Part shown: piece after piece, positions 55,650 to 64,000 of the stretch
Layout: every line of letters begins with the position of its first letter
Numbering within the stretch: position 1 is the first letter of the stretch
Source: a phage
Sequence record: NC_101835.1
DNA length: 64,000 nucleotides
Reading direction: 5' to 3' (one strand)
The notes under the pieces: model-generated
Told to the model about the DNA's origin: nothing
Databases searched by the model: none
The model's input: the letters and a program-made list of their open reading frames with translations, nothing else
Program-made: the position numbers and the translations under genes

Positions 55650-56468
55650 TTGAGCAAGAAAGAGTCCAACGACAAATATTACACAAACCCTGAGTATGCA
55701 GAATATCTTGTTGGTAAAGTAAAAGATAAGTATGGGAATTGTGCATACGTTGAGCCTTCTGCTGGAAGGGGTTCTTTTTCAAAACTATTTTCAGAGATAC
55801 TGTCGTACGATTTAGTACCAGATCCTGAATTTGAAGGACCAACACCGTGCATTCAGGCAAACTTCTTGGAGGTTCATCCCAAGGCAGATGTCTTCATAGG
55901 TAACCCACCATTTGGCAAGAATTCATCTTTAGCTTGCAAATTCTTCAACCATTGTGCATCATTGCTAGAGCTTGGAGGGGCTATAGCCTTCATCTTGCCA
56001 CGGACATTTGAAAAAATATTTTTTGCAAACAAACTGGACATGTCGATGCACCTTGTCTACAGCGAAAGGTGCCCTAAGAATTCGTTTTTACTTAATGGCA
56101 AACCTTATGACGTGCCATGTGTTTTCCAAATTTGGGAGAAAAAGGAGTGCAATAGGGATCCTGTAGAGATTGGGGAGAATAGGTTATTTTCTTTTAGCAC
56201 TCCAGATGACTACGACTTCTGTGTAAGACGTGTTGGGTATAATGCTGGAAAAGTATTGGGGGAGGATGACCCAAAATCTGAAGAATCAACATATTTCATA
56301 AAATCTTTAGTTGACGGTGTTGACAGAGTGTTTGCTGAATGCTATTCTTCCTTTCAAGAAGAAGCAGGTAAGACTGCCGGAATGAAGAGTATAGGTAAGA
56401 AAGAACTACAATACATTTTGGAGACTAGGTATGATCAAAAGCATAGACTTGACCAAAGAACTTACTGA
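55650..56468 (+). CDS. N6-adenine DNA methyltransferase (orphan)
   Basis: SAM motif I VEPSAGRGSF followed by catalytic motif IV NPPF; probable TTG start at 55650 with GGAGG RBS (track ORF begins upstream inside the terminator). Confidence 0.6.
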   Translation: MSKKESNDKYYTNPEYAEYLVGKVKDKYGNCAYVEPSAGRGSFSKLFSEILSYDLVPDPEFEGPTPCIQANFLEVHPKADVFIGNPPFGKNSSLACKFFNHCASLLELGGAIAFILPRTFEKIFFANKLDMSMHLVYSERCPKNSFLLNGKPYDVPCVFQIWEKKECNRDPVEIGENRLFSFSTPDDYDFCVRRVGYNAGKVLGEDDPKSEESTYFIKSLVDGVDRVFAECYSSFQEEAGKTAGMKSIGKKELQYILETRYDQKHRLDQRTY

Positions 56469-56889
56469 TGCAAAAGCTTTTGGTGAGACAGCGGTACAAA
56501 GGGGGCAGGCGATGGGACTGGCACTACCTTTCGTCTTAAAAGAGCACTTTACAGATTTTCAACTTATCAAGGGCGATAAGGGAATGCTTATCCTGGAGCA
56601 TAAGTTGAGTAAGAAACGCTACAAAGTTGTTTTTAATTCTAAAGCTCCAACAAAACTTGGATTCAGAACTTACAATCTCAACCCATCCTATACTAAGGGT
56701 GTTGGAAGGGTAGAACAACAGCATTTCAGTGCTAGAGCTTCTTTAGCCCCTTTGATGCTAAATTTCTCAGGGGTGGCTTTAGGATACCTTGACAAGAAAA
56801 GAGTTCTTCATGTCCGTTTCACAGACTTTGTAACGCTTTTAGCTAACAACGAAGTTGATGAAAAGGGACGTGTAAAAACAAACTTCTAA
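56431..56889 (+). CDS. hypothetical protein
   Basis: 152 aa; ATG with GGAGAC RBS, overlaps the methyltransferase 3' end. Confidence 0.35.
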   Translation: MIKSIDLTKELTDAKAFGETAVQRGQAMGLALPFVLKEHFTDFQLIKGDKGMLILEHKLSKKRYKVVFNSKAPTKLGFRTYNLNPSYTKGVGRVEQQHFSARASLAPLMLNFSGVALGYLDKKRVLHVRFTDFVTLLANNEVDEKGRVKTNF

Positions 56890-56916
56890 TAACGCATAGT
56901 ATGATTGGAGACCGCA

Positions 56917-57108
56917 ATGACACTAAAGTTAACAATTCCAGACAGCTTTTCAGAAAACTTTATCCCAGAAATGATGGGTAAGATGCGATCATTGCTTGAT
57001 CAGATTGAGGAAGCTGTTTGGGAAGACGATGCTGTAGTGGCTAACGAGCTGGTAGATAAGTGTAAAAGTATTATTGATGCAGTTGAAGAATACCACGGAG
57101 GTTTTTGA
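56917..57108 (+). CDS. hypothetical small acidic protein
   Basis: Track ORF trimmed to ATG (MTLKLTIPDS...) with GGAG RBS. Confidence 0.3.
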   Translation: MTLKLTIPDSFSENFIPEMMGKMRSLLDQIEEAVWEDDAVVANELVDKCKSIIDAVEEYHGGF

Positions 57109-57722
57109 TGGATATTATTGTTCTTAACGCCCCACCCAGCAGTGGTAAGGATCACATTGCAGATCTCTTGTTGGAAGCTATTCCTAACTCACACCACCGT
57201 GAGGTTAAGGAGATGCTCTTCAGTGTGGCAATTAAGGGAGCTGGCGTAACTCCTCAACTCTGGAATGCACTTTATGACCGCCACTACAAAGAAGAGCCTT
57301 GCCCTTTCTTAATGATAGACGGCAAGCATGTTTCTCCGCGAGAATGGATGATCCATTGTAGTGAAAATCTGATTAAACCTATCTTTGGTGAAGATGCTTT
57401 CGGTAAAGCCGCAGTCGCATCTTTGAAGAAAGATTTCCCTAAAGGTAAAGGGGTTGTTGTTTACTCCGATGGTGGATTCAAAGAGGAGCTGGCATGCCTT
57501 AGCGAGTACGCGTACAGCACAGGTGGAGATCTGTTGTTGTTCCGTATTCACCGTGTCGGATATGACTGGGGAAATGATTCCAGAACCTATCTAAGTCTGG
57601 AAAAGAACGGAATAAAAGGAATTGAGTTCGATGTTGTAAACCCTGAAGGTGCACCTTGGGAATGTGCATCGGAGATTGTGTGCAAGTATATTGATGCTAA
57701 AGAGGCCCAAGAAGAATGTTAA
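57108..57722 (+). CDS. putative deoxynucleoside monophosphate kinase
   Basis: Track ORF trimmed to ATG (MDIIVLNAPPSSGKD...); P-loop NAPPSSGKD resembles the phage dNMP kinase signature; neighbours are nucleotide-metabolism genes. Confidence 0.45.
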   Translation: MDIIVLNAPPSSGKDHIADLLLEAIPNSHHREVKEMLFSVAIKGAGVTPQLWNALYDRHYKEEPCPFLMIDGKHVSPREWMIHCSENLIKPIFGEDAFGKAAVASLKKDFPKGKGVVVYSDGGFKEELACLSEYAYSTGGDLLLFRIHRVGYDWGNDSRTYLSLEKNGIKGIEFDVVNPEGAPWECASEIVCKYIDAKEAQEEC

Positions 57723-58309
57723 TCGGTATTGATGTAGATTTGACACTGGTAGATTCAGGAACAGCATGGTGGGAGTGGTTGGAGCGTTTATATGGTCCAG
57801 CCAGTAAGACAGTCGCTAAACCTTCTAATGGGCTGATGTATTACGATCTGTCAAAGTATTGGCCTGATCGCCCCAAAGAAAACATCATAGGACCTTTTGA
57901 TTTCTGGAGTGACCCGTTCCTCTACGACTTTCTTAAGCCCGAAGAGGGGGCTATTGAGGTTATGAAAGATTTGGTGGCTCGTGGTCACAAGCTTGCATTT
58001 ATCTCGGTATGCAAGAAAGGTCACCTTGCATCTAAATCAAGGTTCTTAAAGCGTTGGACCAGTGATTTTATGGATCTGGACGATCACACCCAGGGTCACG
58101 GCTTCTACGCCACACATTTCAAAGGAAATGTGGCTGTAGATGTTATAATTGACGACAGGCATGAATACCTGAACCAATTCGCTTCACGACCTGAAGTTAT
58201 TAAAATCCTAAAAGATACGCCTTATGAGCAATTCGAGGAGTTAAAGGTCAGTGTTGACTATACCGCTAACAGCTGGTATAAAATAGGAAAGTTTTTAGAA
58301 GGTATTTGA
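57716..58309 (+). CDS. HAD-superfamily phosphatase, candidate 5'-(deoxy)nucleotidase
   Basis: 197 aa; N-terminal motif I GIDVDLTLVDS (DxDxT) and C-terminal DVIIDDR. Confidence 0.55.
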   Translation: MLIGIDVDLTLVDSGTAWWEWLERLYGPASKTVAKPSNGLMYYDLSKYWPDRPKENIIGPFDFWSDPFLYDFLKPEEGAIEVMKDLVARGHKLAFISVCKKGHLASKSRFLKRWTSDFMDLDDHTQGHGFYATHFKGNVAVDVIIDDRHEYLNQFASRPEVIKILKDTPYEQFEELKVSVDYTANSWYKIGKFLEGI

Positions 58310-58310
58310 A

Positions 58311-58511
58311 ATGGGCAGATGTTCTAAAGGTGGCGATCCTGTAGTCAGATACGGTGACTGGCTAGAGGTGTATGATCTGGGAGGTAAGCTGGTGTATGCC
58401 TCCAGGATCACCCAAGACATGTGCTCCGATATGTTCAACAGATACCTTGCATTTAAGGCCAACATAAACCCAGACGAAATTTCCAAAATTAAAACAAGGA
58501 GAGCTAAATAA
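58311..58511 (+). CDS. hypothetical protein
   Basis: 66 aa ORF coupled to thyX. Confidence 0.3.
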   Translation: MGRCSKGGDPVVRYGDWLEVYDLGGKLVYASRITQDMCSDMFNRYLAFKANINPDEISKIKTRRAK

Positions 58512-59494
58512 TGCTAAAACTGTGCACTGCAAAGATCATTGCTGACAGCATTTCCGAGAAAGGTAAGCGCATCACAACTTTTGAGCTAGAGTATCCTCGA
58601 ATTATTCACTCAGAGCTTATGACGCATCGAGTATTCAGCCGAAACGCCATGTCTTCCCGTGCAGTTCCTGTCGGCAAGATGCTGCAACAGATTGTGGAGA
58701 ATCCGGCAATGCCAGTTCGCTTCGGTGCAAATAAGCGAGGGATGGAAGATGGTGGGGAACACGATCAAAAGATCCGTGTAGAGTACACTGACATGGAGTT
58801 AACTCCTGAAGAATTTTGGAAAGAAGCTGCAAAAAACGCCGCTTGGCATGCAGAGAAGTTCGCCCTTGCTGGTTACCATAAGCAAGTATGTAACCGCTTA
58901 GTGGAGCCTTTTCAACGCATGAAAACAGTTGTAACAAGCACCGAGTGGAATAATTTTTTCCACCTCCGTTGCTGGCACGATGCGGATCCTACGATTCAGA
59001 TGTTGGCTAATTGTATGTGGGAGGCTCTTGGGAATAGCACTCCTGAAATCCTTAAACCGGGTCAATGGCACACCCCATATGTAGAGCACGTTTATTTGGA
59101 CGGAGAGTTTAACTACGCTGTGCGTGACACAGAAGGAAAGCTCTGCATTCTCGATACTAAAGAAGCTCTGTCTATCAGTGCTAGTTGCTGTGCACAAGTA
59201 TCTTATCGAAATATTGACAGCACGTTTGAAAAGGCAGACAGTGTGGCTAAAAAATTGATTGGTGGGGATCGTATTCATGCAAGCCCTTACGAGCACCAGG
59301 CAACACCTATGGATCACGATAACGCAATGGAACGTTTAAACTACTACCTGTCTTCATGTGAAATCACACAAGACATCAGTACTTGGCAGGAAGGTGTAAC
59401 CCATCAAGACCGTGATGGTAAATTCTGGTCTGCCAACTTTTGTGGGTGGGTTCAGCACAGACAACTGCTTAATAACCACTTCGTGAAAGGTTAA
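58511..59494 (+). CDS. thyX: flavin-dependent thymidylate synthase ThyX
   Basis: 327 aa; ThyX signature HSELMTHRVFSRNAMSSRAVP (RHR...S motif); AAGGAGAG RBS. Confidence 0.8.
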   Translation: MLKLCTAKIIADSISEKGKRITTFELEYPRIIHSELMTHRVFSRNAMSSRAVPVGKMLQQIVENPAMPVRFGANKRGMEDGGEHDQKIRVEYTDMELTPEEFWKEAAKNAAWHAEKFALAGYHKQVCNRLVEPFQRMKTVVTSTEWNNFFHLRCWHDADPTIQMLANCMWEALGNSTPEILKPGQWHTPYVEHVYLDGEFNYAVRDTEGKLCILDTKEALSISASCCAQVSYRNIDSTFEKADSVAKKLIGGDRIHASPYEHQATPMDHDNAMERLNYYLSSCEITQDISTWQEGVTHQDRDGKFWSANFCGWVQHRQLLNNHFVKG

Positions 59495-59523
59495 TCCTAT
59501 CACAGCGATAGGTAACTTTTGTG

Positions 59524-59552
59524 TTGACTAATAGTATCAGATAATCTATAAT
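59524..59552 (+). promoter_or_regulatory. near-consensus sigma70 promoter
   Basis: TTGACT - 17 nt - TATAAT; the track ATG at 59554 sits 1 nt after the -10 and cannot be the real start. Confidence 0.55.
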
Positions 59553-59592
59553 AATGGCTCACTTTGTTAGTGAGCCAGAAATGGAGACAGAT

Positions 59593-60054
59593 ATGAGTAA
59601 TGTTATGATTCCTAAAAAGACATTTATTTCAGTTACTTTGGATTTCCTATCTACCGTTCCCGGGTTTAACGTTCGCACACGAAACGGTCTCCGAGCTGCA
59701 CTCTTTGCCGTAGGGTTTGATTTAAAAAGTATTGATGTTCTTCGTGGAAAAAACGTTCGATGCAAAAATAAGCCAACACATTATCGAAAGGCAGATGTAT
59801 TTGCTGGTGTCATGCGTGCAGACTTTAGATACCCGCAAATGTATAACGGTGTAGATATTTTAGATGTGGATAAAGCACCTGGTGAGGCAATGCTTGTTCA
59901 AGATCTCCCGTATGATATCCCAGTAGAGGATCGTGTTAATGTAAGAAAGTATACAAAACAATCTGAAAAGGCTGAAGATATTCATATTGTTGATGAACCT
60001 TTCAATTTTGAAGATCTGCATCGCCTGGAAAAATTATTCGGTATTGAAAGCTAA
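59593..60054 (+). CDS. hypothetical protein with helix-hairpin-helix-like segment
   Basis: Track ORF 59554-60054 trimmed to ATG at 59593 (GGAGA RBS; 59581 alternative); VPGFNVRTRNGLRAA resembles HhH DNA-binding motifs. Confidence 0.35.
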   Translation: MSNVMIPKKTFISVTLDFLSTVPGFNVRTRNGLRAALFAVGFDLKSIDVLRGKNVRCKNKPTHYRKADVFAGVMRADFRYPQMYNGVDILDVDKAPGEAMLVQDLPYDIPVEDRVNVRKYTKQSEKAEDIHIVDEPFNFEDLHRLEKLFGIES

Positions 60055-60064
60055 GGTGGTGAAG

Positions 60065-60295
60065 ATGAGCCATAACTCCAAGTGGAAGGATCTTGGTTTT
60101 GCAAGTCGGGCAGAATATGTTGGTTGGCTTTGGTTCAACGGCCTGACAAACGATATTAAAATGTATGATGATGTTTATTATGACGAGTATACAGGTAAAA
60201 TTATAAATATCTCTGTAGAAGAGGATACCTTTATCCAGCAAGATACTGATACCTGCCTTGATAAATACGTTAATGAAGTGGAGGAAGCAAATTGA
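60065..60295 (+). CDS. hypothetical protein
   Basis: Track ORF trimmed to ATG (MSHNSKWKDLGF...) with AAGGTGG RBS; overlaps nrdA start. Confidence 0.3.
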   Translation: MSHNSKWKDLGFASRAEYVGWLWFNGLTNDIKMYDDVYYDEYTGKIINISVEEDTFIQQDTDTCLDKYVNEVEEAN

Positions 60296-62607
60296 TCACC
60301 AAGGTAATTAAAAGCAACGGATGTGAAGCGGCATTCGACCCAGAACGTTTAAATAAGGCAGCTATTTTCGGTGACGACGGTAACGGAAATTGGTCACATA
60401 TTGCACTGGATGCATACAAACGACTGTATGATGGATGTACGACCAAAGAAGTTAACCAAGCTATCATAGACTCCTGTGTTAGCCGTAAAGACGAAGCACA
60501 TTCCCGTATGGCTGGTCGTGTTCTTATTGGTCAGATTTATAAAGAGGCTTTTGGAGGGTTTACAAAGATCCCTTCCTTACCATCATTTTACAACGACATG
60601 GTTGAGAAAGGGTATTGGGAGGATATGGGTTATAGCTTTACCGAGTTAAACACTTTAGGCACTGTTATTGATCACAGTAAAGATCTCGGTTATGGCTATG
60701 CAGTCCTTAAACAGTTTCGCGACAAATACGGGATCAAGGATACTCTTAAAGACACCCTGTTTGAATCTCCCCAGATGATGTTTATGGGGATAGCAATGGC
60801 TGTCATGAAGAATATGCCGAAAGAACGTCGTATCAACGATGTTGTAAAATTATACACTTATCTGTCCGACTTAAAGATCAATGCCCCGACACCGTACTTA
60901 AACGGGCTGCGCACAGGTAAGACAGGGTATGCATCTTGTTGTGTAATAAAAGCTGACGATACAGCAAAATCTATTGGTGTGGCACGTGAAGTTGCGTACA
61001 CAATGACGGTTAACCAGGCAGGTATCGGCTACTATTTATCCTCAAGATCTGCAGGCGATGGTGTTCGTGGTAACACTATTAAACATATGGGTAAGATTCC
61101 ATATTATCGAGGTATTGATGCTGGGGTTAAGGAGAACAGACAACAATCACGTGGCGGTTCTGCAACAGTATCATTCCTTGCACTGGATCCGCAGATTGAT
61201 GAGCTAATCCGTTTGAGAAACCCTATGACTGTTGCTTCAAAAAGAATCAACACCATGGACTACTCTATAGGTATTAATAGGTCGTTTATCAACCGTGTGG
61301 CTAAGAATTTAGATTGGATGCTTGTTTCTTATAAGCACGCGCCTCAACTGCATGAAGGTATCTTCACCATGTCTATGGAGGAGTTTGATGCAGAGGTTGA
61401 TCGTATCGCTAAAGATGACAGTATTCCTAAAACATGGATCCGAGCTAGAGATCTTGCTGTTGAACTGCTCACGCAGCGTATTGAGGTTGGAAGGCTGTTT
61501 GTATACTGGACAGACGAGATGAATAGACATACACCTTTTAAAGATGTGATCTATTCAAGTAACCTGTGTGCAGAAATAGCCCTCCCGACAAAAGGCTATT
61601 CAGATATGCGTAATATCTTCAAGCACGATGTTGATGATGGCGAAGTTGCATTGTGCTTCCTGTCATCACTTGTAGCTGGAAGGGTTACCCCAGAGGAGTA
61701 TGAGGATGTTGCATACTACACGGTGCTTATGATTGACAATGTTATGGAAATCATGACATATCCGTATGAAAATATGGAGAGTACTGTTAAAAAACGCAGA
61801 TCCATCGGGGTTGGCCTTACCAATGTTGCACATTTTATTGCCAGCCACAAGGTTACTTACGGATCTCCTGAAAGTAAACAGCTTGTTCACGATCTTGCAG
61901 AACTTCACAGCTACAGCTTGCATAAGGCAAGTTTACGGTTGGCAAAAGAGCGTGGTGTCTGCGAGTGGATGCATAAAACAAAATATCCAGAAGGTTGGTT
62001 ACCAATCGACACCTATAACAAAGAGGTCGATAGCGTGGTGAAAGATCCTTCTCTTAAACAGGATTGGGAAGGGTTACGTAAAGAAATCGTTGAAAATGGT
62101 GGGCTACGTAATAGCGTTCTTGAAGCATATATGCCTAATGAAAGCTCTTCGCTGGCAACAAACACCACTAACGGGGTTTATCCTGTCCGTGAGCACATTA
62201 TCTTTAAAAAGTCGCCACAAGGGCAGGTGCTGTTTATCGTTCCTGACTATGATGAGTTGAAAGAGTACTACACTTCGGCTTGGGACGTTGATACTAACGA
62301 CATGATCGATATGTATGCTGTGATTCAAAAATTCACAGGTCAGGCAATCAGCGCGGATTTGTACATAGACTACACCAAGTTGAAAGATGGTAAAATTTCA
62401 ATGAAGGAGCAGCTAGGGTACCTTATCCGTGCCACTAAATTCGGAATGAAGACATGGTATTATTTAAACTCTAGGGTTGGTGCTGGTGACTCCTTGGCAG
62501 AGGAACTTCATGCCAAGAAACAGGCTGAAGATGAAACCAGAAAGAACTATCCTTTGACTGCAGATAGTTCAGTTGAAGATCAGTATTGCGAAAGTTGTGC
62601 ACTATAA
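60292..62607 (+). CDS. nrdA: ribonucleoside-diphosphate reductase alpha subunit (class Ia)
   Basis: 771 aa; N-terminal ATP-cone-like VIKSNGCEAAFDPERLNKA, active-site region SSNLCAEIALPT, C-terminal Cys pair; TTG start with GAGGAAG RBS; followed by nrdB. Confidence 0.85.
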   Translation: MITKVIKSNGCEAAFDPERLNKAAIFGDDGNGNWSHIALDAYKRLYDGCTTKEVNQAIIDSCVSRKDEAHSRMAGRVLIGQIYKEAFGGFTKIPSLPSFYNDMVEKGYWEDMGYSFTELNTLGTVIDHSKDLGYGYAVLKQFRDKYGIKDTLKDTLFESPQMMFMGIAMAVMKNMPKERRINDVVKLYTYLSDLKINAPTPYLNGLRTGKTGYASCCVIKADDTAKSIGVAREVAYTMTVNQAGIGYYLSSRSAGDGVRGNTIKHMGKIPYYRGIDAGVKENRQQSRGGSATVSFLALDPQIDELIRLRNPMTVASKRINTMDYSIGINRSFINRVAKNLDWMLVSYKHAPQLHEGIFTMSMEEFDAEVDRIAKDDSIPKTWIRARDLAVELLTQRIEVGRLFVYWTDEMNRHTPFKDVIYSSNLCAEIALPTKGYSDMRNIFKHDVDDGEVALCFLSSLVAGRVTPEEYEDVAYYTVLMIDNVMEIMTYPYENMESTVKKRRSIGVGLTNVAHFIASHKVTYGSPESKQLVHDLAELHSYSLHKASLRLAKERGVCEWMHKTKYPEGWLPIDTYNKEVDSVVKDPSLKQDWEGLRKEIVENGGLRNSVLEAYMPNESSSLATNTTNGVYPVREHIIFKKSPQGQVLFIVPDYDELKEYYTSAWDVDTNDMIDMYAVIQKFTGQAISADLYIDYTKLKDGKISMKEQLGYLIRATKFGMKTWYYLNSRVGAGDSLAEELHAKKQAEDETRKNYPLTADSSVEDQYCESCAL

Positions 62608-62614
62608 TTTTAAA

Positions 62615-62635
62615 GGGGCTTCGGCCCCATTTTAG
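62615..62635 (+). terminator. rho-independent terminator or attenuator
   Basis: GGGGC-TTCG-GCCCC hairpin followed by ATTTTAG between nrdA and nrdB. Confidence 0.4.
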
Positions 62636-62646
62636 AGGTTAGAATA

Positions 62647-63735
62647 ATGGCTGTATTTAATGCTGAGAACACCGCTCATAAAACTGGTGACTATCCGCTG
62701 TTTCTAGGACAGCAAATGGGTATGTACGACTCTATCAACAAAAAATATCCACAACTGTTTGAACTATACAAAAAACAAAAAGAACAAGACTGGGCAGAGG
62801 ATGAAGTGGATTTGTCGCAATCTATTTCAGATTTTGTAACATGCTCAAAGTCAACTTATGACGTGATGGTGCAGACCTTGATGTGGCAATGGGAGGCTGA
62901 TAGCGTTGCGGCAAGATCTATCATTTGTCTGTTTTCACCATTTATCACCAATAGTGAGCTTTTCACTCTATTGATGAAACAGTCAGAGATTGAAGTTCTT
63001 CACGCACTAACTTACTCAGAGATTGTTAGACAATGCCTCCCCAATGCCCGTGAGATTATAGAAGAGATTCAGGAAAACCAAAACGTTCTGAGCAGATCCG
63101 GCGTTATTGTCAAATACATGCAAGAGCTTGAGGTTATTGGTGCAAAATACCGACTGGATCCTTCTAGTGTTGAAGAAGATGTTGTGCGGAAATGCATTCT
63201 TAGAGCGCTTTTTGCACTTTTAGCTCTGGAAAGTATTGAGTTTATTGCAAGTTTTGCATGCACTTTCGCAGTAGCTGAACAGGGTATTTTTGTTCAGGTG
63301 GCGCAGCTTGTTCAAAAAATCATGCTTGACGAAATGCTACATTCGAAAGGTGATTTTGCCATCATTGATATCCTGCTTAATGATCCGGCATGGGAGAAAA
63401 GCTTCCTTGAGATAAAAGGGGAGTTAAAAGAGATTCTTGATGAAGTACGAACCAAAGAGTACGGTTGGAGTGACTATATTTTCAGCGAAGGAAGAGCGAT
63501 TATAGGTCTTAACTCACCGTTGCTTAAAGAATGGGTTGACTATAACTGCTCACCGATTTATGATTACTACGGCATCGACAAAGACTTTGTGCCGCCAACA
63601 AAGGACCCTCTACCGTTTATGCAGGTGTGGATGAAACCTTCATTGCAACAGACGGCGAACCAAGAAATGTCGAACACTGACTACCGCGTCAACACAACTG
63701 TTAACGACGCTGAAGAAGAAATTTGGGAGTTTTAA
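62647..63735 (+). CDS. nrdB: ribonucleoside-diphosphate reductase beta subunit (class Ia)
   Basis: 362 aa; PLFLGQQMGMYDSINKKYPQLFELYKKQ..WAEDEVDLSQ and ESIEFIASFACTFAVAEQG parallel E. coli NrdB (from memory); iron-ligand E/H helices present. Confidence 0.8.
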   Translation: MAVFNAENTAHKTGDYPLFLGQQMGMYDSINKKYPQLFELYKKQKEQDWAEDEVDLSQSISDFVTCSKSTYDVMVQTLMWQWEADSVAARSIICLFSPFITNSELFTLLMKQSEIEVLHALTYSEIVRQCLPNAREIIEEIQENQNVLSRSGVIVKYMQELEVIGAKYRLDPSSVEEDVVRKCILRALFALLALESIEFIASFACTFAVAEQGIFVQVAQLVQKIMLDEMLHSKGDFAIIDILLNDPAWEKSFLEIKGELKEILDEVRTKEYGWSDYIFSEGRAIIGLNSPLLKEWVDYNCSPIYDYYGIDKDFVPPTKDPLPFMQVWMKPSLQQTANQEMSNTDYRVNTTVNDAEEEIWEF

Positions 63736-63738
63736 TAC

Positions 63739-64000
63739 ATGAGCTGTGAAAAATCTTTTTTCTTTATTATTTACGGTAAAGATAACTGCCCACATTGTGT
63801 AAGAGCAAAAGAATTTGCAGTCAGTAAGGGTCTGCCTTTTGTATATAAGACACTTGGCGAGGGTTACACAAAAGAAGAGCTTATTGAGAAGTGCAGTCCA
63901 ATCGTACCCAGAACGTTGCCGCAGATCTTCTTAGAAAGTAATCTTGAAAGTGTCCATATAGGCGGTGCCGACGATTTCATCTCTTTTGTTAAGAATGGTT
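63739..64000 (+). CDS. glutaredoxin-like protein (3' end beyond window)
   Basis: ATG at 63739; MSCEKSFFFIIYGKDNCPHCVRAKEFA... with CPHC redox motif; open to window end, so absent from ORF track. Confidence 0.55.
   Translation, partial: MSCEKSFFFIIYGKDNCPHCVRAKEFAVSKGLPFVYKTLGEGYTKEELIEKCSPIVPRTLPQIFLESNLESVHIGGADDFISFVKNG

Noticed and set aside
825-63263. Many 60-230 aa ORFs antisense to or nested within long genes (e.g. 11625-12311 +, 15177-15689 +, 17927-18379 +, 22498-23133 +, 33170-33610 +, 49170-49724 -, 61309-61530 -)
   Set aside because: Each lies inside a longer ORF on the opposite strand with recognisable motifs or operon context, and lacks its own RBS; typical long-gene shadow frames.
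60292-63735. Intein or intron in nrdA/nrdB
   Set aside because: Both proteins have lengths typical of uninterrupted class Ia subunits and read continuously through conserved motifs.
1-64000. Prophage/integrative element or CRISPR array
   Set aside because: No integrase, recombinase, attachment-site-like tRNA 3' duplication at a boundary, or regularly spaced short repeats seen. The tRNAs are internal to a phage transcription unit.
1-64000. Identification as a T5-like genome
   Set aside because: T5 also has NrdAB, a tRNA cluster and nucleotide kinases, but the lambda R-type endolysin, 778-aa tape measure, sheath/tube pair and lambda-like head genes do not match T5 as I recall it.

Overview
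The window is a gene-dense stretch of a large virulent tailed dsDNA phage genome. There is no integrase, attachment site or CRISPR array. All calls are from reading the sequence and the ORF track by eye; no database search was run, so family assignments rest on recognised motifs and remembered homologs. CDS ends follow the ORF track; coordinates of tRNAs, promoters, terminators and intron elements were counted from the sequence lines and may be off by 1-2 nt.

Layout:
- 1-39951, minus strand: a late structural operon. In transcription order it runs terminase large subunit, portal, scaffold, decoration protein, major capsid protein, head-tail joining proteins, tail sheath, tail tube, tail chaperones, tape measure, baseplate, several large tail fibres/spikes, and two tandem distal fibre cassettes. 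Two spanin genes lie just upstream of terminase.
- 39997-41156, minus strand: a cluster of five clear tRNAs plus one atypical tRNA-like gene.
- 41253-45020, minus strand: small hypothetical genes, a putative DNA-binding protein, and a kinase/phosphatase pair.
- 45121-64000, plus strand: replication, recombination and nucleotide-metabolism genes (RNA ligase, Sir2-like protein, DNA ligase, endolysin, 5'-3' exonuclease, resolvases, 3'-5' exonuclease, adenine methyltransferase, dNMP kinase-like, HAD nucleotidase, ThyX, NrdA, NrdB, glutaredoxin).

Most notable observations:
1. The terminase large-subunit gene is split by a group I intron that carries an endonuclease VII-type homing endonuclease; all four conserved core elements (P, Q, R, S) are readable.
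2. An HNH endonuclease gene sits between two halves of a tRNA-like gene whose acceptor strands are complementary.
3. An RNA-repair module (P-loop kinase, metallophosphatase, T4 Rnl1-like RNA ligase) lies next to a zinc-ribbon-less Sir2-like protein. This island is my best candidate for an undescribed counter-defence system, but that is a hypothesis, not a demonstrated function.
4. The tail chaperone pair has a readable -1 frameshift site (T_TTT_TTC) with an open -1 frame into the downstream ORF.
5. Several tail fibres/spikes share an N-terminal anchor domain, suggesting a multi-receptor-binding-protein tail.
6. Two GC-rich ORF-free islands and a pair of tandem 17-bp palindromes are unexplained.
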